In this document: in pieces, positions 9,241 to 19,829 of the stretch
How the letters are laid out: each line of letters opens with the position of its first letter
How positions within the stretch are numbered: position 1 is the stretch's first letter
Source: an uncultured Poribacteria bacterium
GTDB lineage: Bacteria; Poribacteria; WGA-4E; WGA-3G
NCBI GenBank assembly: GCA_958296135.2
Contig: CATQHZ020000001.1
Location: 3,840,001-3,904,000 of the forward strand
DNA length: 64,000 nucleotides
Direction of reading: 5' to 3'
Notes under the pieces: model-generated
Told to the model about the DNA's origin: nothing
Database searches by the model: none
The model's input: only the letters and a program-made list of their open reading frames with translations
Translations under genes and position numbers: made by a program

Positions 9241-9570
9241 ATGTCACAATTTGTCAAAGCCGCAACAACCGAGCAAATCTTGCCCGGGAAATGTATCGGC
9301 GTGAAAGTTGAAGGCGTTTTTATCGGTATCTACAACGTCAAGGGCGAGTATTACGCCATGAACAACATCTGTCCGCACCTCGGCGGCGTTTTGAGTTACG
9401 GTTTTCTAGACGACAGCTGTATCACGTGTCCGCTGCACATGTGGGAATTTGATGTCACCACAGGAAAGTGCGTCTGGCCGGGCGAGGAAAGCCTACCCAC
9501 CTATCCTGTCAAAGTGGAGGGTGACAACATCCTCGTCAACGTGGACGCGCCAAACGTCCCCAGTCCGTAG
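9241..9570 (+). CDS. Rieske [2Fe-2S] ferredoxin
   Basis: CPHLGG...CPLH Rieske motif, 109 aa. Confidence 0.92.
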   Translation: MSQFVKAATTEQILPGKCIGVKVEGVFIGIYNVKGEYYAMNNICPHLGGVLSYGFLDDSCITCPLHMWEFDVTTGKCVWPGEESLPTYPVKVEGDNILVNVDAPNVPSP

Positions 9571-9610
9571 ACTCAAGGGCGCGTTCTTCGCAGGCAGACC
9601 TGGTTTGGAG

Positions 9611-9677
9611 CGCGAGGGCCTGTCCCTCGCCTTCATCAATCGTGCCTCTTCTCATAGCGCGAGAGCCTGTCCCTCGC
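9611..9677. repeat. REP-like hairpin pair
   Basis: CGCGAGGGCCTGTCCCTCGC-type palindromes, same family as in the 46.8-47.8 kb array. Confidence 0.7.
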
Positions 9678-9704
9678 AAGTCTTCAACGAATAGGAGAAA
9701 CATA

Positions 9705-10652
9705 ATGGCATACTTGCTCACCGGTGGCATGGGATGCATCGGTAGTTACGTTATTCGCGACCTGCTCGCCGCCGGTGAAAAGGTAGTAGTTTACGATTTC
9801 GCTTACGACTTAACCATCCCGAAGATGGTGCTGAAGCCCGAGCAACTAGAAGCGTTTACCTTCGTGCAGGGCGACATCACCGATCTGCCGCACGTTCTGC
9901 GCACCATCCAAGAATACCAGATCGACCGGGTTATCCATCTCGCTTCGTGGCAGGTGCCGGCATGCAATGCGAATCCGCCGCAGGCGTTGAAAGTTGTCTG
10001 CGAAGGCACCATCAACATGTTAGAAGCCGCCCGAATTCTCAATCTCACGCGTGTTGTTTGGGCGAGCAGTGTCGCGGTGTTCGGTGCGCCGGCGGATTAC
10101 AATCACGAGCAGATTCTCAACGACGCGCCGCACTATCCTAAATTTATCTACGGCGCATGCAAATCCCTCAATGAGCGATATGCCGCGCACTATTTTGATG
10201 CGTATAGCGTGGACTCGATTGGACTCCGGTTTACCGCTGTCTACGGGGTAGGCCGCACGCGCGGGATGAGCTCGTTCACAACGCAGTTGATTGAGGCGGT
10301 GGCGTTAGGACAACCGCACGCCTGTCCCTTCGGCGACGATGCAGTCGATTGGCAATATGTGGAAGATGTCTCGCGCTCCATCGTCCTCGCCTGTACCTGT
10401 CCGACAACGAAGACGCGCGTCTTCAACGTGAAGGGCGGCATTCGGCCCGTCACAGAGGGAGTAGCGTATCTGAAAAGTTTGGCACCAGAGGCACAAATTA
10501 CGCTGGAGCCGGGTGTATTCGGCATCTCGTGGGATTACGACGCAACGCCTATCGCGGAAGAGATGGGTTTCACGCCTGCCTACACGATGGAGCAGGGGAT
10601 TCTGAAGACGTTCAATCTGTTCCGTGCACGCGCGGGGTTGGAAACGTTGTAA
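9705..10652 (+). CDS. NAD-dependent epimerase/dehydratase
   Basis: RBS AGGAG before ATG 9705; TGGMGCIG, HLA, YGACK motifs. Confidence 0.9.
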   Translation: MAYLLTGGMGCIGSYVIRDLLAAGEKVVVYDFAYDLTIPKMVLKPEQLEAFTFVQGDITDLPHVLRTIQEYQIDRVIHLASWQVPACNANPPQALKVVCEGTINMLEAARILNLTRVVWASSVAVFGAPADYNHEQILNDAPHYPKFIYGACKSLNERYAAHYFDAYSVDSIGLRFTAVYGVGRTRGMSSFTTQLIEAVALGQPHACPFGDDAVDWQYVEDVSRSIVLACTCPTTKTRVFNVKGGIRPVTEGVAYLKSLAPEAQITLEPGVFGISWDYDATPIAEEMGFTPAYTMEQGILKTFNLFRARAGLETL

Positions 10653-10846
10653 GGACGGTTCTATATCCGCCTTTGGTGTCTGCTTGCCGCCTATAGCTCG
10701 GGCTCGCAACCCACCGATGTTAGGGACATCGGGAGCCCGAACTGTCGGTGCCCATTGGGAGTGAGGACAAGAACCGGCGAACTGGTTTCCCTACGAACGC
10801 ACATGAAAATGTGAAAACTGAATCGTACTGTTTCCGCCGCCTGTCC

Positions 10847-11485
10847 CTATAGCAACGTCGTCTTCGCGAAAATGAATGCCAAGACACAGACAATCGCTGT
10901 CAAGGTGCGTTTTTCACTTCTCATCGCACGCGCCCAAGAAAAATCGTGGCACGAAGGATACGGATAGGGACGCGCACGCGGCACAAAACGCGGCACCTTC
11001 GCTTGATACGCCTGATAGACAGAACCGCACGCCTCCAACAGATATCCCTCTTCAACGGCGATGATAGGAAGATACTGCAAGACATAACCAACGACGAGAA
11101 CCGGGATAAGCCAATCGACATTTGAAACAAGGCAAACGCCGAAACTGAGCAGGAAATTGCCTAGATAGAGCGGATTCCGGACGTAACCGTAAGGCCCAGT
11201 CGTCACAAGAGCTCGCGCGGCACCGAGTGTGCGCGCCCGCGTCGAAGCACCTGCATAACCGACTGCCCATATCCGTAAACCTTCGCCCAGAATCATCAAG
11301 AGGATGCCGAGAGTTGTCCGCTGCCACGTCGGTTGCGCAAAATAGAGCAGCGTGAGGATGAACGGTACCGGCGTGAAACTGCGGATTTTAAAGAAGAAGT
11401 TACCGAGAGCTTGCGTTGTCTTCACTCTGTCATCCGTGCGCGCTATTTCACTATCACCATCCGGCGCGGTGCATCGTTTTTCCAT
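10847..11485 (-). CDS. Isoprenylcysteine carboxyl methyltransferase / PEMT family membrane methyltransferase
   Basis: LVTTGPYGYVRNPLYLGN, EE..L, VPRF motifs; hydrophobic. Confidence 0.85.
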   Translation of the reverse strand: MEKRCTAPDGDSEIARTDDRVKTTQALGNFFFKIRSFTPVPFILTLLYFAQPTWQRTTLGILLMILGEGLRIWAVGYAGASTRARTLGAARALVTTGPYGYVRNPLYLGNFLLSFGVCLVSNVDWLIPVLVVGYVLQYLPIIAVEEGYLLEACGSVYQAYQAKVPRFVPRARPYPYPSCHDFSWARAMRSEKRTLTAIVCVLAFIFAKTTLL

Positions 11486-11595
11486 AGGACCCCGGTAAAA
11501 CCGTCAACCCCGGCCCACAAGGGATAGACTGCATCGGTACGTTTGTTCTCAAAACGCGCTTCATACGCATCCGTTTAATCCTATAAATCCTGATG

Positions 11596-12663
11596 CTACT
11601 TCGGTGTGCGCCAAATCAGGATACTCCCAACAGTCGCATACAGGATATTCGCACCCCAACACGCCACAAACGGATGAAGTTTGCCGTTGACGCTGAGCCC
11701 CTCTAACGTCGCGAAGGAGAGGGCCCAATAGAGAAACGACAAGAAAAAAGCGACAACCAAACCCGCGAAGAAGCCCGTTCTGCCAAAACGGATGGCAATC
11801 GGCGCGCCAAGCATGACGACGACAACCGCAGCGAACGGATACGCCGTTTTGTGATATAACTTCACCTGCTCCCGCCGCGAAATCTGGCCGGCAGCTTGTT
11901 TATAGGCAATCTGCTCCCGGAGCTCAGCGATGGTCATCGCCCTCGGGTCTTTGTTACTACCGATAAACCGCTCGGGTTCCTCGTGGCGTTCAAGTTGTAG
12001 TGCCGTGAACGTCTCATACGCAACCTCTCTCCCGGCATCAAACTCGCGGACATAGCCATCGGCTAATTCCCACTGCGCCGGACTCAGTGTCCACATCGCC
12101 GACTTTGCAAAAGTGACGCGGGAGAGCTGTTCGTTCTCGTCGTACTCATAAATCGTTAACTGATGGATGCTACGGGATGCCAGATCGATGCGCCGTGAGA
12201 AGAAAGTGCGGCCATCCTTCCCTTTGAAAAGGATATTTCTGCCGCGGCGAGGCGGCACCTTATTTTGCAAAAGGTGCGCATGATGGAAAGCCGGCGATGC
12301 AACTCTATCGTAAAAAATCGCGAAGAGCACGCAGATAAGCAACGTGACAACGATGATAGGCGCAAGCAATCGGTAAATGCTCAAGCCGCCTGCCTTCATC
12401 GCTGTCCACTCATTGCTCCGAACCATCCTGCCAAGCACGAAAAAGACAGCGATGAATCCCGTGATAGGCACCATCTCCATAATCCGTCGTGGGGCTTGGT
12501 AAAGCACAATCTTGATAGCGGTGATATAGGCAATATCGTCCTCAAATTTTTTGATGTCGTAGTCCAACAAGCGGACGAGGACAATTAACGCGCTGAGGAA
12601 CAAGAGTGCCACCATGAAGGCTTTGAGGTATTCCCGAAGCAGATACCGGTCTAGAATCGTCAT
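11596..12663 (-). CDS. lptG: LPS export permease LptG
   Basis: MTILDRYLLRE start, NEWTAMKAGGLS, six TM segments, follows lptF. Confidence 0.85.
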   Translation of the reverse strand: MTILDRYLLREYLKAFMVALLFLSALIVLVRLLDYDIKKFEDDIAYITAIKIVLYQAPRRIMEMVPITGFIAVFFVLGRMVRSNEWTAMKAGGLSIYRLLAPIIVVTLLICVLFAIFYDRVASPAFHHAHLLQNKVPPRRGRNILFKGKDGRTFFSRRIDLASRSIHQLTIYEYDENEQLSRVTFAKSAMWTLSPAQWELADGYVREFDAGREVAYETFTALQLERHEEPERFIGSNKDPRAMTIAELREQIAYKQAAGQISRREQVKLYHKTAYPFAAVVVVMLGAPIAIRFGRTGFFAGLVVAFFLSFLYWALSFATLEGLSVNGKLHPFVACWGANILYATVGSILIWRTPK

Positions 12664-12664
12664 C

Positions 12665-12756
12665 TTTCGTATTGGCGCGGGCGTTTTTTTCGTATTAGCG
12701 CAAGGCGTTTTTTTCGTATTGGCGCGGGCGTTTTTTTCGTATTGGCGCAAGGCGTT
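12665..12756. repeat. Tandem repeat, four units of 23/24 bp
   Basis: CGTATTGGCGCGGGCGTTTTTTT alternating with CGTATTRGCGCAAGGCGTTTTTTT. Confidence 0.9.
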
Positions 12757-12842
12757 CGTTCACGTCTCCTGTGCAATCACGTCTCCGCACGTAGAGACGC
12801 ATGCGCCGTTGTTGCATGCTGCGTTCTTGGAGCTAAGTTTTT

Positions 12843-14084
12843 TTATGAGTCGGGCGAATTGCCGGTCTGCACCGACGTGCTTTCGTGACTCGGATGAAAT
12901 GCGTGGTTCAGGACGAATTTGCTATCTCTCTCGCGCCATGCGTGGAGTTTCCCTTCGCCGATGATGCTGATGTTCATGACGATGCCGAGCACACCGATAA
13001 CGATATTTGGTAGCCACATAGCGAGGACCGGGGACAGAATACCGTTTAACCCCGCGCTCTGTCCGACTTGGAGCAACAGGTAATAGGCGGCACAAAGCAC
13101 CAATCCGATGCCAAACCCAATCATCTTGCCACTCCGCTTCACCATCATACCGAGCGGGACACCAATTAATCCGAACGCGAGGCAAGCAAACGGGATGGCT
13201 AACTTTTTGTGATACTCGACTTCGGCATTGCGGAGCCGCTTGAGGGTATACGCCGGGTTCTCGCTGGTTTCCAGGGACTTTTGCAGCGTGCCGACAAACG
13301 CTCGCAGTTGGGCGAAACTCATCGTCCTCGGAGTCTGGTTCTGAAATTCGCCGCGTTCCAGGTCTGCCTTTAACTGTAGTGAGAGTTCTTGCTTCTGAAA
13401 CTGCGTCACACGGAAACTGTCCGACTTGTCAGCGGCAGGTTCGTAAGTGTGGCCATCGTAAAGCGTCAACATCGCTCGCCCACTTTGGAAACCGAGTTCA
13501 GCCTCTTGGGCATGGCTAAAGCGCGGTCTGCCGTTCCAGATGCTATCCCAAATTTTGACGTTCTGCATGCGGCCGCTGTCAGCATCCGTGGATTCATACA
13601 TCCAGAGCTTGCCTTCGCTCTCCAATTCCTTCATGACGGTAGCCTCCTCCAGCACGACAGCAGGGTTGTGCCTGCGGATGTCCCGCGTGAGGGTGGCGTA
13701 AGCGCGGTTCGCTTGCGGCATCGCGTAGTCTATCAAGCCCAGATCCATGATGCTTAGAACGCTTGTCAAAACTAACAACGGTGTCATCACCTGATAGAAG
13801 GCGACACCGTGCGCCTTCATCGCAACGATTTCGTTATCGGTAGAAAGCCGCCCAAGCGCAAGCAAAATGCCCACGAGGCTCGCCATCGGAATCGTTAGCA
13901 CCAACGTCGCTGGCATGACGTAGATGAGCAGTTCAATAAGGTAAAGCGGATTTACCCCTTTCTGCACGAAGAGTTGCGTCAACCGAAAAAGGTCATTGAA
14001 GATGAGGATAAAGGTTAAACAGGTGAGCGCTATGATAAAAGGTGGAAAAAACTCTCTGAGTATATACCGTGCTAAGATTTTCAT
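12843..14084 (-). CDS. lptF: LPS export permease LptF
   Basis: MKILARYILRE, RLSTDNEIVAMKAHG, PFACL, WLPN motifs. Confidence 0.88.
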   Translation of the reverse strand: MKILARYILREFFPPFIIALTCLTFILIFNDLFRLTQLFVQKGVNPLYLIELLIYVMPATLVLTIPMASLVGILLALGRLSTDNEIVAMKAHGVAFYQVMTPLLVLTSVLSIMDLGLIDYAMPQANRAYATLTRDIRRHNPAVVLEEATVMKELESEGKLWMYESTDADSGRMQNVKIWDSIWNGRPRFSHAQEAELGFQSGRAMLTLYDGHTYEPAADKSDSFRVTQFQKQELSLQLKADLERGEFQNQTPRTMSFAQLRAFVGTLQKSLETSENPAYTLKRLRNAEVEYHKKLAIPFACLAFGLIGVPLGMMVKRSGKMIGFGIGLVLCAAYYLLLQVGQSAGLNGILSPVLAMWLPNIVIGVLGIVMNISIIGEGKLHAWRERDSKFVLNHAFHPSHESTSVQTGNSPDS

Positions 14085-14276
14085 ATCGTTTGTCGCTGCG
14101 CAGATGTCTCCTCGGTAGGAGCAATTCCCGAATCGCTCGCGCCGCTCCTATCAGTTTTTTGTCGTTCGCCAGATGTTGTTTGGCCGCGGTTCACTTTGCC
14201 ATTTTGTTGCATTATCAGGAGAGAATCTTCATAAAATAATTTGCCATTTTCTTGTGAGCGTGTTATCATCAGAGAC

Positions 14277-14762
14277 ATGAACCTTACGCTAGCATCCATT
14301 CAACTGACAGGGGCTGACTTATCGGAGTTCGCCGCGCGCCATGCTTCCGCACAAGAACTCTACTCTCCGACCGCCCCCAAGCCGCCCATCGCCGAATTTG
14401 GTTGCCGCGATAGATGGTGGTTAAACCACACGGCAGCGCAGCAAGTGGCTCTCCATTACTGGTTTTTTGACTCGCCGGCTGCGGCGCGCACTGCTGCGGC
14501 CGAAAGCAGGGCGCGGCTTACCGCACGTTCTATCCCCCTATCGGAATCGCGCTCAGGAGATAGTTCCTACTATCAACCGCCACCGAATGCAGAACATGGC
14601 CTCGGTGACATCGTATGGCAGGCCGGCGCGAATTTCCTGTTCGCCCGGTACACTGTCGTCGTGTTGGTAGCACAAGTTGGCCGCGAGGTGCCGGTAGAAA
14701 CAACTCTCTGCATTGCCCGCAAAATCTTTGAGAAGATTGAGCAAGCAGTCTCGTGCCCATAG
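14277..14762 (+). CDS. Hypothetical protein
   Basis: Isolated ORF filling the gap between lptF and the aldolase; no recognised motif. Confidence 0.5.
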   Translation: MNLTLASIQLTGADLSEFAARHASAQELYSPTAPKPPIAEFGCRDRWWLNHTAAQQVALHYWFFDSPAAARTAAAESRARLTARSIPLSESRSGDSSYYQPPPNAEHGLGDIVWQAGANFLFARYTVVVLVAQVGREVPVETTLCIARKIFEKIEQAVSCP

Positions 14763-14781
14763 GCATGGCGGCCGCCCACCC

Positions 14782-14882
14782 TAGGCCCTCGCCCCACGGG
14801 AAATGCTACAAAATCTTTGTAGCATGGCGAGGGAAACCCTCGGCGATTCGTGATCGCCGGGCCCTCGCCCCACGGGAAATGC
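14782..14882. repeat. REP-like composite repeat
   Basis: GGCCCTCGCCCCACGGGAAATGC twice, around a GCGAGGGAAACCCTCGGCGATTCG..CGCCGGGCCC unit also seen near 53040 and 60391. Confidence 0.7.
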
Positions 14883-14889
14883 CGGTGTG

Positions 14890-15957
14890 CTAATAGTCCT
14901 GATACCATGTTGCGGACTGCTTGGCAATTTGCACATTGTCCGCACCACCGAATTGACGATGGTTGAACCACGGGAGCGCGTTTTCCGCTGCCGCGTTCGC
15001 GTTCGTGAAATTCGTCGTCGCCTCGGTTGCAAGGAAGCGGTTAACGGCAGCGGTGTCCGGATAATATTGCACAGCATCTTTCCAGATGGCTCTGCCGCAG
15101 AGGAAACCGCTCGCACCTGCCTCAGTGGCAAGGTGCACATTCTCAATGAATTCCTCAATATCCACACCCGCGCTCAAAATCACCCACGGCAACGTTGAGG
15201 CCGCGTCTAACCGCTGGCAGATATCCTTCACTTCCGCGAGCGTGTATGCCGAGTCACCGGCATAAAAACTCCTATCTTGATAATCGGCCGTATATTTCAG
15301 GTCGGCGGGGAACTCTAACTTCAGAATGTCAACCTTATAGCGTGGAGCCGTGAACTCCTCGACGCTGCGGATAACCAGGGCCGGTTTCTGCTTCGCGAAT
15401 GCTACGCTTTTGGTAGTGCCTTCCAGCGCGTAACTGACGAGCTCTAACAGAAACGGCAGCTCGTGCTTTTCACACTCGTCACCAACGTGTTGCACAAACG
15501 CTTGCTGATGCTTGAGCGTCGCCTCGGAGGCATCGGGGTGGTAGTAGGCGAGAAGTTTAATCGCATCGGCACCAGCACGCTGCGCCTTTGCGATAGTCCA
15601 ATGTTCGATGGGATTGGAGAGCCGTTCGTTCTCGCTAACGCCCTCACTGACATAGCCCGATTCTTCATAAGCTAACAGCAGTGCGACATCCCGCGGAAGC
15701 TCTGCAATGGAGTACGGATACCCGTAAATCGGATCGGTGAGGACAGCGGTGGCGTTCGGTGCAAGCGAACGGGTTATCAACGTTTTGAGCGCGGCGACAT
15801 CCGCGTATTGGACATCCGTTTTCTCCTTGTTGAGGACATCCGCGAGCGCCTGCACCATGGAACCACGCTGGTCGATCGCCATCATCTTAAACCGGCCATT
15901 AGCGTCGGCGAGTTTCATGATGCCGCGCAATTTTCCAGAGGAAATATCGTTCATCAA
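14890..15957 (-). CDS. lacD: Tagatose-1,6-bisphosphate aldolase (LacD family)
   Basis: AIDQRGS, DILKLEFP, LSAGV, GFLCGRAIW motifs. Confidence 0.9.
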   Translation of the reverse strand: MMNDISSGKLRGIMKLADANGRFKMMAIDQRGSMVQALADVLNKEKTDVQYADVAALKTLITRSLAPNATAVLTDPIYGYPYSIAELPRDVALLLAYEESGYVSEGVSENERLSNPIEHWTIAKAQRAGADAIKLLAYYHPDASEATLKHQQAFVQHVGDECEKHELPFLLELVSYALEGTTKSVAFAKQKPALVIRSVEEFTAPRYKVDILKLEFPADLKYTADYQDRSFYAGDSAYTLAEVKDICQRLDAASTLPWVILSAGVDIEEFIENVHLATEAGASGFLCGRAIWKDAVQYYPDTAAVNRFLATEATTNFTNANAAAENALPWFNHRQFGGADNVQIAKQSATWYQDY

Positions 15958-16047
15958 AATCTCCTTTTCATAAGGGGGTTGCGCGCCGCCAAAGCGCGCC
16001 TACCAGCCTTGTTAGTTTAAGAGCGGATTTCTCTATCCACCCGAAAC

Positions 16048-17121
16048 TTAATATTCACGTTCAACGAAAAAATCAATTAGCGATAGAAACAGCCGCTTTG
16101 CCATGCCATCAGGGAGATGGGCAAAATTGTGCGTAAACTGTCCAGCCGCCTCTTGCAAGAGAGCCTTGGAGCGGCGTTGTGCGTACGCAATGGAGTCGTA
16201 TTTTCGCATTAACTGTAGCACGCTTTCGATATCCGCTTCCGTTTTCTCATCGCGCGGGCGCGCCATGATGTCAATGACGCGCTGCGCTTCCGTTGGTGTA
16301 CACGCATTGAAGAGGTGGATAAGCACCAGGGTACGCTTTCCTTCGCTGATGTCGCCAGCGATTTCTTTCCCGTATCGGCCGACATCGCCGATGAGATTAA
16401 GGACATCGTCCTGAATTTGGAACGCAACGCCCAAGTCTTCGCCAAGTTGAACGAAAGCATCAACTTCCGCGTCACTTGCTCCACCGATAATTGCGCCGAC
16501 ACGGCACGGCGTGATGCAGGTATACCACGCCGTTTTCTGGATACACATCGTCAGGTAATCCTCTTCGTCAAGATTCCATCGGTTGCTGCCTACCCAGCTG
16601 AGTTCAATGTGTTGTCCCTCAACGACTTGGTTGCTCAGTTGGATGAATTCGGAGAGAATGCGGAAGGCCAGTTCGTGCCCGAGAATCTCTGTGTTGCGGA
16701 GGAGCATCTCCCACATTTTACAGTGGAGCGCATCGCCAACGTTGATAGCCATCGGGACCCCGTGCTTTTGATGAAGGCACGGCTCGCCGCGCCGAAGTTC
16801 AGAACCATCTTCAATGTCATCGTGAATGAGAAGCCAATTTTGGAGGAGCTCCAAGGCAGCAGCCGTATTAACAGCGCGTTTCGATTCACCACCGAAGGCC
16901 TCGCAGATAAGCAGACAGAGCGCCGGCCGTAACCCCTTCGCCGCTCGACGCGGATAGTCCAACATCATCTGATACAATTGATGCACGTCCTCGTGCGCGT
17001 CTGTCGTCGGCAGAAAGTCAAAGATGCAAGTATCCACCTCGCGCTTGACATCGCTGAGGTACTCGGTGACGTTCGCTGTCATTCGCGAAGCGTTCAATTG
17101 GCATTTTGGGTTCAAGGACAT
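16048..17121 (-). CDS. Polyprenyl synthetase (GGPP/FPP synthase family)
   Basis: KGLRP, LIHDDIEDGSELRRG, FQIQDDVL motifs. Confidence 0.93.
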   Translation of the reverse strand: MSLNPKCQLNASRMTANVTEYLSDVKREVDTCIFDFLPTTDAHEDVHQLYQMMLDYPRRAAKGLRPALCLLICEAFGGESKRAVNTAAALELLQNWLLIHDDIEDGSELRRGEPCLHQKHGVPMAINVGDALHCKMWEMLLRNTEILGHELAFRILSEFIQLSNQVVEGQHIELSWVGSNRWNLDEEDYLTMCIQKTAWYTCITPCRVGAIIGGASDAEVDAFVQLGEDLGVAFQIQDDVLNLIGDVGRYGKEIAGDISEGKRTLVLIHLFNACTPTEAQRVIDIMARPRDEKTEADIESVLQLMRKYDSIAYAQRRSKALLQEAAGQFTHNFAHLPDGMAKRLFLSLIDFFVEREY

Positions 17122-17316
17122 TTGTTTCCGTCATCCGTCACCGACGTTAGTCGATGACTACGTTTTTATGGAATTGTTTAATTATACCACATCGCGCAGT
17201 AAAAATCAAATTTTAATTGTTCTCGCGTAGGGGCGCCCCGTTTGCCAGACTGTAAGGGCGGATGTCTCTATCCGCCCGTTTGCATCGCGGATTCGGACAG
17301 AACTAGAAATCTGTCC

Positions 17317-17544
17317 TTACGACACGTTCGCAACATCCACATCCAACGCGATGAACCGGTAACCAAGCGGTTTTATCCGTTCCACCAAGGCCTCGCGCAA
17401 CGCAATTGCGCGTGCAAATTGCGATTCTGATACCTGTACCCGCAAAACCGGGGAATGATCGAAGAGGGACGCGCCTTCAATCTGGAACTCGGCGAGGACT
17501 TCATGGATAGGCGCGAGTGCGGATGGGTTCTGTTGATTCTCCAT
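17317..17544 (-). CDS. Small protein resembling the C-terminal domain of LarE
   Basis: 75 aa; VLRVQV...REALVERIKPLGYRFIALDV; starts right after the SDR stop. Confidence 0.6.
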   Translation of the reverse strand: MENQQNPSALAPIHEVLAEFQIEGASLFDHSPVLRVQVSESQFARAIALREALVERIKPLGYRFIALDVDVANVS

Positions 17545-17545
17545 G

Positions 17546-18352
17546 TTACGAACGCCGCCTCCAGTCGCTACCCGCCATGAACCCGCCATCAACGAATACC
17601 ATCTGTCCAGTAACAAAGTCGGAGGCGTTGGAGGCAAAGAATATCGTCAACCCCGCTAAATCTTCCGGTTCGCCCCATCGATAGGCAGGGGTGCGATTGA
17701 GAATCCATTCATTTCGGTTGTCTTCGCGCGCGGGCGCAGTCATCTCGGTGCGGATGAAGCCGGGGGCGATGCCGTTCACCTGAATGTTATGCTCTGCCCA
17801 CTCCACGGCCAGAAGTTTCGTCAATTGCAAGAGGCCCCCCTTTGCAGCGGTGTAGGCGACGCTCGTCGGCAGTCCTATCGCGGAGGTGAGCGACAGGGTG
17901 TTAATCACCTTGCCAGCCTTCTGTTGCCGCATCACTCTCCCGCAGGCTTGCGCCAGAAAGAACGCGCCTTTCAAGTTGACATCCGTGACGAAGTCCCAAG
18001 CAGCCTCGGTGAATGCCAATGCCTCATCCCGAATGTTGACACCGGCGTTGTTGACAAGCACGTCAAGGCTGCCGAACCGCTCCACAGTTCGCGAAACGAG
18101 CGCCTCAATTTCGCTGAGATTGCTCACATCAGCCTGAAGGGGCAGAACGTTCTGTCCTGTCTCCTTAGCAATCTGTTCGGCGACTGGTTCCAGCGTCTCC
18201 ATTTTTCTCCCGACGATGACGAGTGATGAGCCGGCCCCCGCGAGTCCTTCGGCCATCGCTTGTCCGATGCCGCGGCTCGCCCCGGTGACGAGGCTCACTT
18301 TACCATCCAACCGAAAGTGTTGGATGATGCTTGTTGCGGATGTTTGATTCAT
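17546..18352 (-). CDS. SDR oxidoreductase (KduD/gluconate 5-dehydrogenase-like)
   Basis: TGASRGIG, NNAG, YTAAK, VDGG motifs. Confidence 0.92.
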   Translation of the reverse strand: MNQTSATSIIQHFRLDGKVSLVTGASRGIGQAMAEGLAGAGSSLVIVGRKMETLEPVAEQIAKETGQNVLPLQADVSNLSEIEALVSRTVERFGSLDVLVNNAGVNIRDEALAFTEAAWDFVTDVNLKGAFFLAQACGRVMRQQKAGKVINTLSLTSAIGLPTSVAYTAAKGGLLQLTKLLAVEWAEHNIQVNGIAPGFIRTEMTAPAREDNRNEWILNRTPAYRWGEPEDLAGLTIFFASNASDFVTGQMVFVDGGFMAGSDWRRRS

Positions 18353-18461
18353 ATTTTTCTCTTTTAGGACGGTGGCGAGGGACAGGTTTCCCTACGCCCC
18401 GCGGGTTATGTTGGAATAGACAATCGCGAGGGACAGGTTTCCCCACGCACCACGATTAACC

Positions 18462-19667
18462 TTACGGCAGCACTCCCTCAGGGTTTGCGTATTCTACCAA
18501 CAGCTCGCTATCAATAACCTTTAGTTTGCCGTTGTGCTGCTCGGCAAGGGAGACGAGCAACTCCGCGCCGGGGGAATGTTTCACATCGATTTCAAGCGCG
18601 ACGACATAGATACGCGTGTTGTTCAGGTTCTTTTGCCGAATTACCTCAAGAATCTTCTGGGTATTCGTCTCAATCGGATACTCCCGAATCGCGACAGGCA
18701 GCCCGTCTGTCACCAAAACAACGACAGAGGCATCTAGACTGAGAGAGGCATCGAGTGCTGCAAGAATGTTAGTTCCCGCATTGCCCTCAATGCGCTGCGG
18801 TGTAAAACTCTCCAGATACTTCAACGTCCGCTTTATGTTTTTGGCGTTTGCCGGGAGCATGTTCTTGTGCATGGCTTTCGCTGTGGTAGAAAACGCTACC
18901 ACGTTGAGTCTATCATCGCTGCCAAGATTCATGACAGAATCCTTGATGGATTTGACAGCCAATTCCAATTTTTTTAGCCCGGCAGCTTGCATGCTCGCGG
19001 AAATGTCAAGGCAGTAGACAACATTTTGGGGGCCTTCAAACTCGTTCAGGAAATCGATGATACCGAGCCGGTCCCTGGAGCCATCGTTTCCACCGCCACC
19101 GAGGAGGCCGCCCTCGTCACCGGCCTGTCCATCGCCGCGGAATCTCCCCATGCCATCGCCGCGGGCTCGGACTCTGCCGGTAACAATACCGCGGCCATCG
19201 GTGCGCCCGGGTTGCCGAATCAGCCGGCTCAGGTTTGAGGCCTCAGCATCGCGCAGTTGCGCGTCTGTCATCACATCAGGGACGATTTCACTCAAGGCGG
19301 CGTTGTTGATTTCCACATCTTCAAGCACCACGCGCGGGCTGAATTTGATGACTTCGTCCTGTTTGTTCCGAGCAGCCTCGATTTTCTTTTCCATCGCATT
19401 CCTCGCGAGTTGCTGGCTCGGGTCATACAATTTTTTGGACAGCGGCGGTTTCGGTCTCTTTCGCCGCTTCTTCGGCGCGTCCGCATCGTTAATGAAGTCA
19501 ACGGCGAACGCGTCCGCCTGTTCCTCTCCCGACCGGTTCATCGGGAGGAAGAGGTAGACGATAACTACCACTATATGTAAAATGAGGGAGAGCAAGATGA
19601 CAGACCGGATGCGGTTTTTCCGGCGCTCGGCATCAATGCGCCAGTCTGTCAGTTGGTTCATTAACAT
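18462..19667 (-). CDS. Membrane-anchored VWA domain protein
   Basis: N-terminal TM (SLILHIVVV), Gly-rich linker, MIDAS DISAS...T...TDG. Confidence 0.85.
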   Translation of the reverse strand: MLMNQLTDWRIDAERRKNRIRSVILLSLILHIVVVIVYLFLPMNRSGEEQADAFAVDFINDADAPKKRRKRPKPPLSKKLYDPSQQLARNAMEKKIEAARNKQDEVIKFSPRVVLEDVEINNAALSEIVPDVMTDAQLRDAEASNLSRLIRQPGRTDGRGIVTGRVRARGDGMGRFRGDGQAGDEGGLLGGGGNDGSRDRLGIIDFLNEFEGPQNVVYCLDISASMQAAGLKKLELAVKSIKDSVMNLGSDDRLNVVAFSTTAKAMHKNMLPANAKNIKRTLKYLESFTPQRIEGNAGTNILAALDASLSLDASVVVLVTDGLPVAIREYPIETNTQKILEVIRQKNLNNTRIYVVALEIDVKHSPGAELLVSLAEQHNGKLKVIDSELLVEYANPEGVLP

Positions 19668-19829
19668 TGTTCAGCTCCTATCAACGTCCCGTCTACGGCG
19701 ACTGCGAATCGCCTATGCGTGACACGTAGCACCTCTCGTAGCCACGAGGTTGCATACGGTTAGGTTGTGGTTGGCGTGGCCCTCAAGGCACACGCCCGCG
19801 CCCTAGGGTTACGTTCCGTGGGCGTTTCG

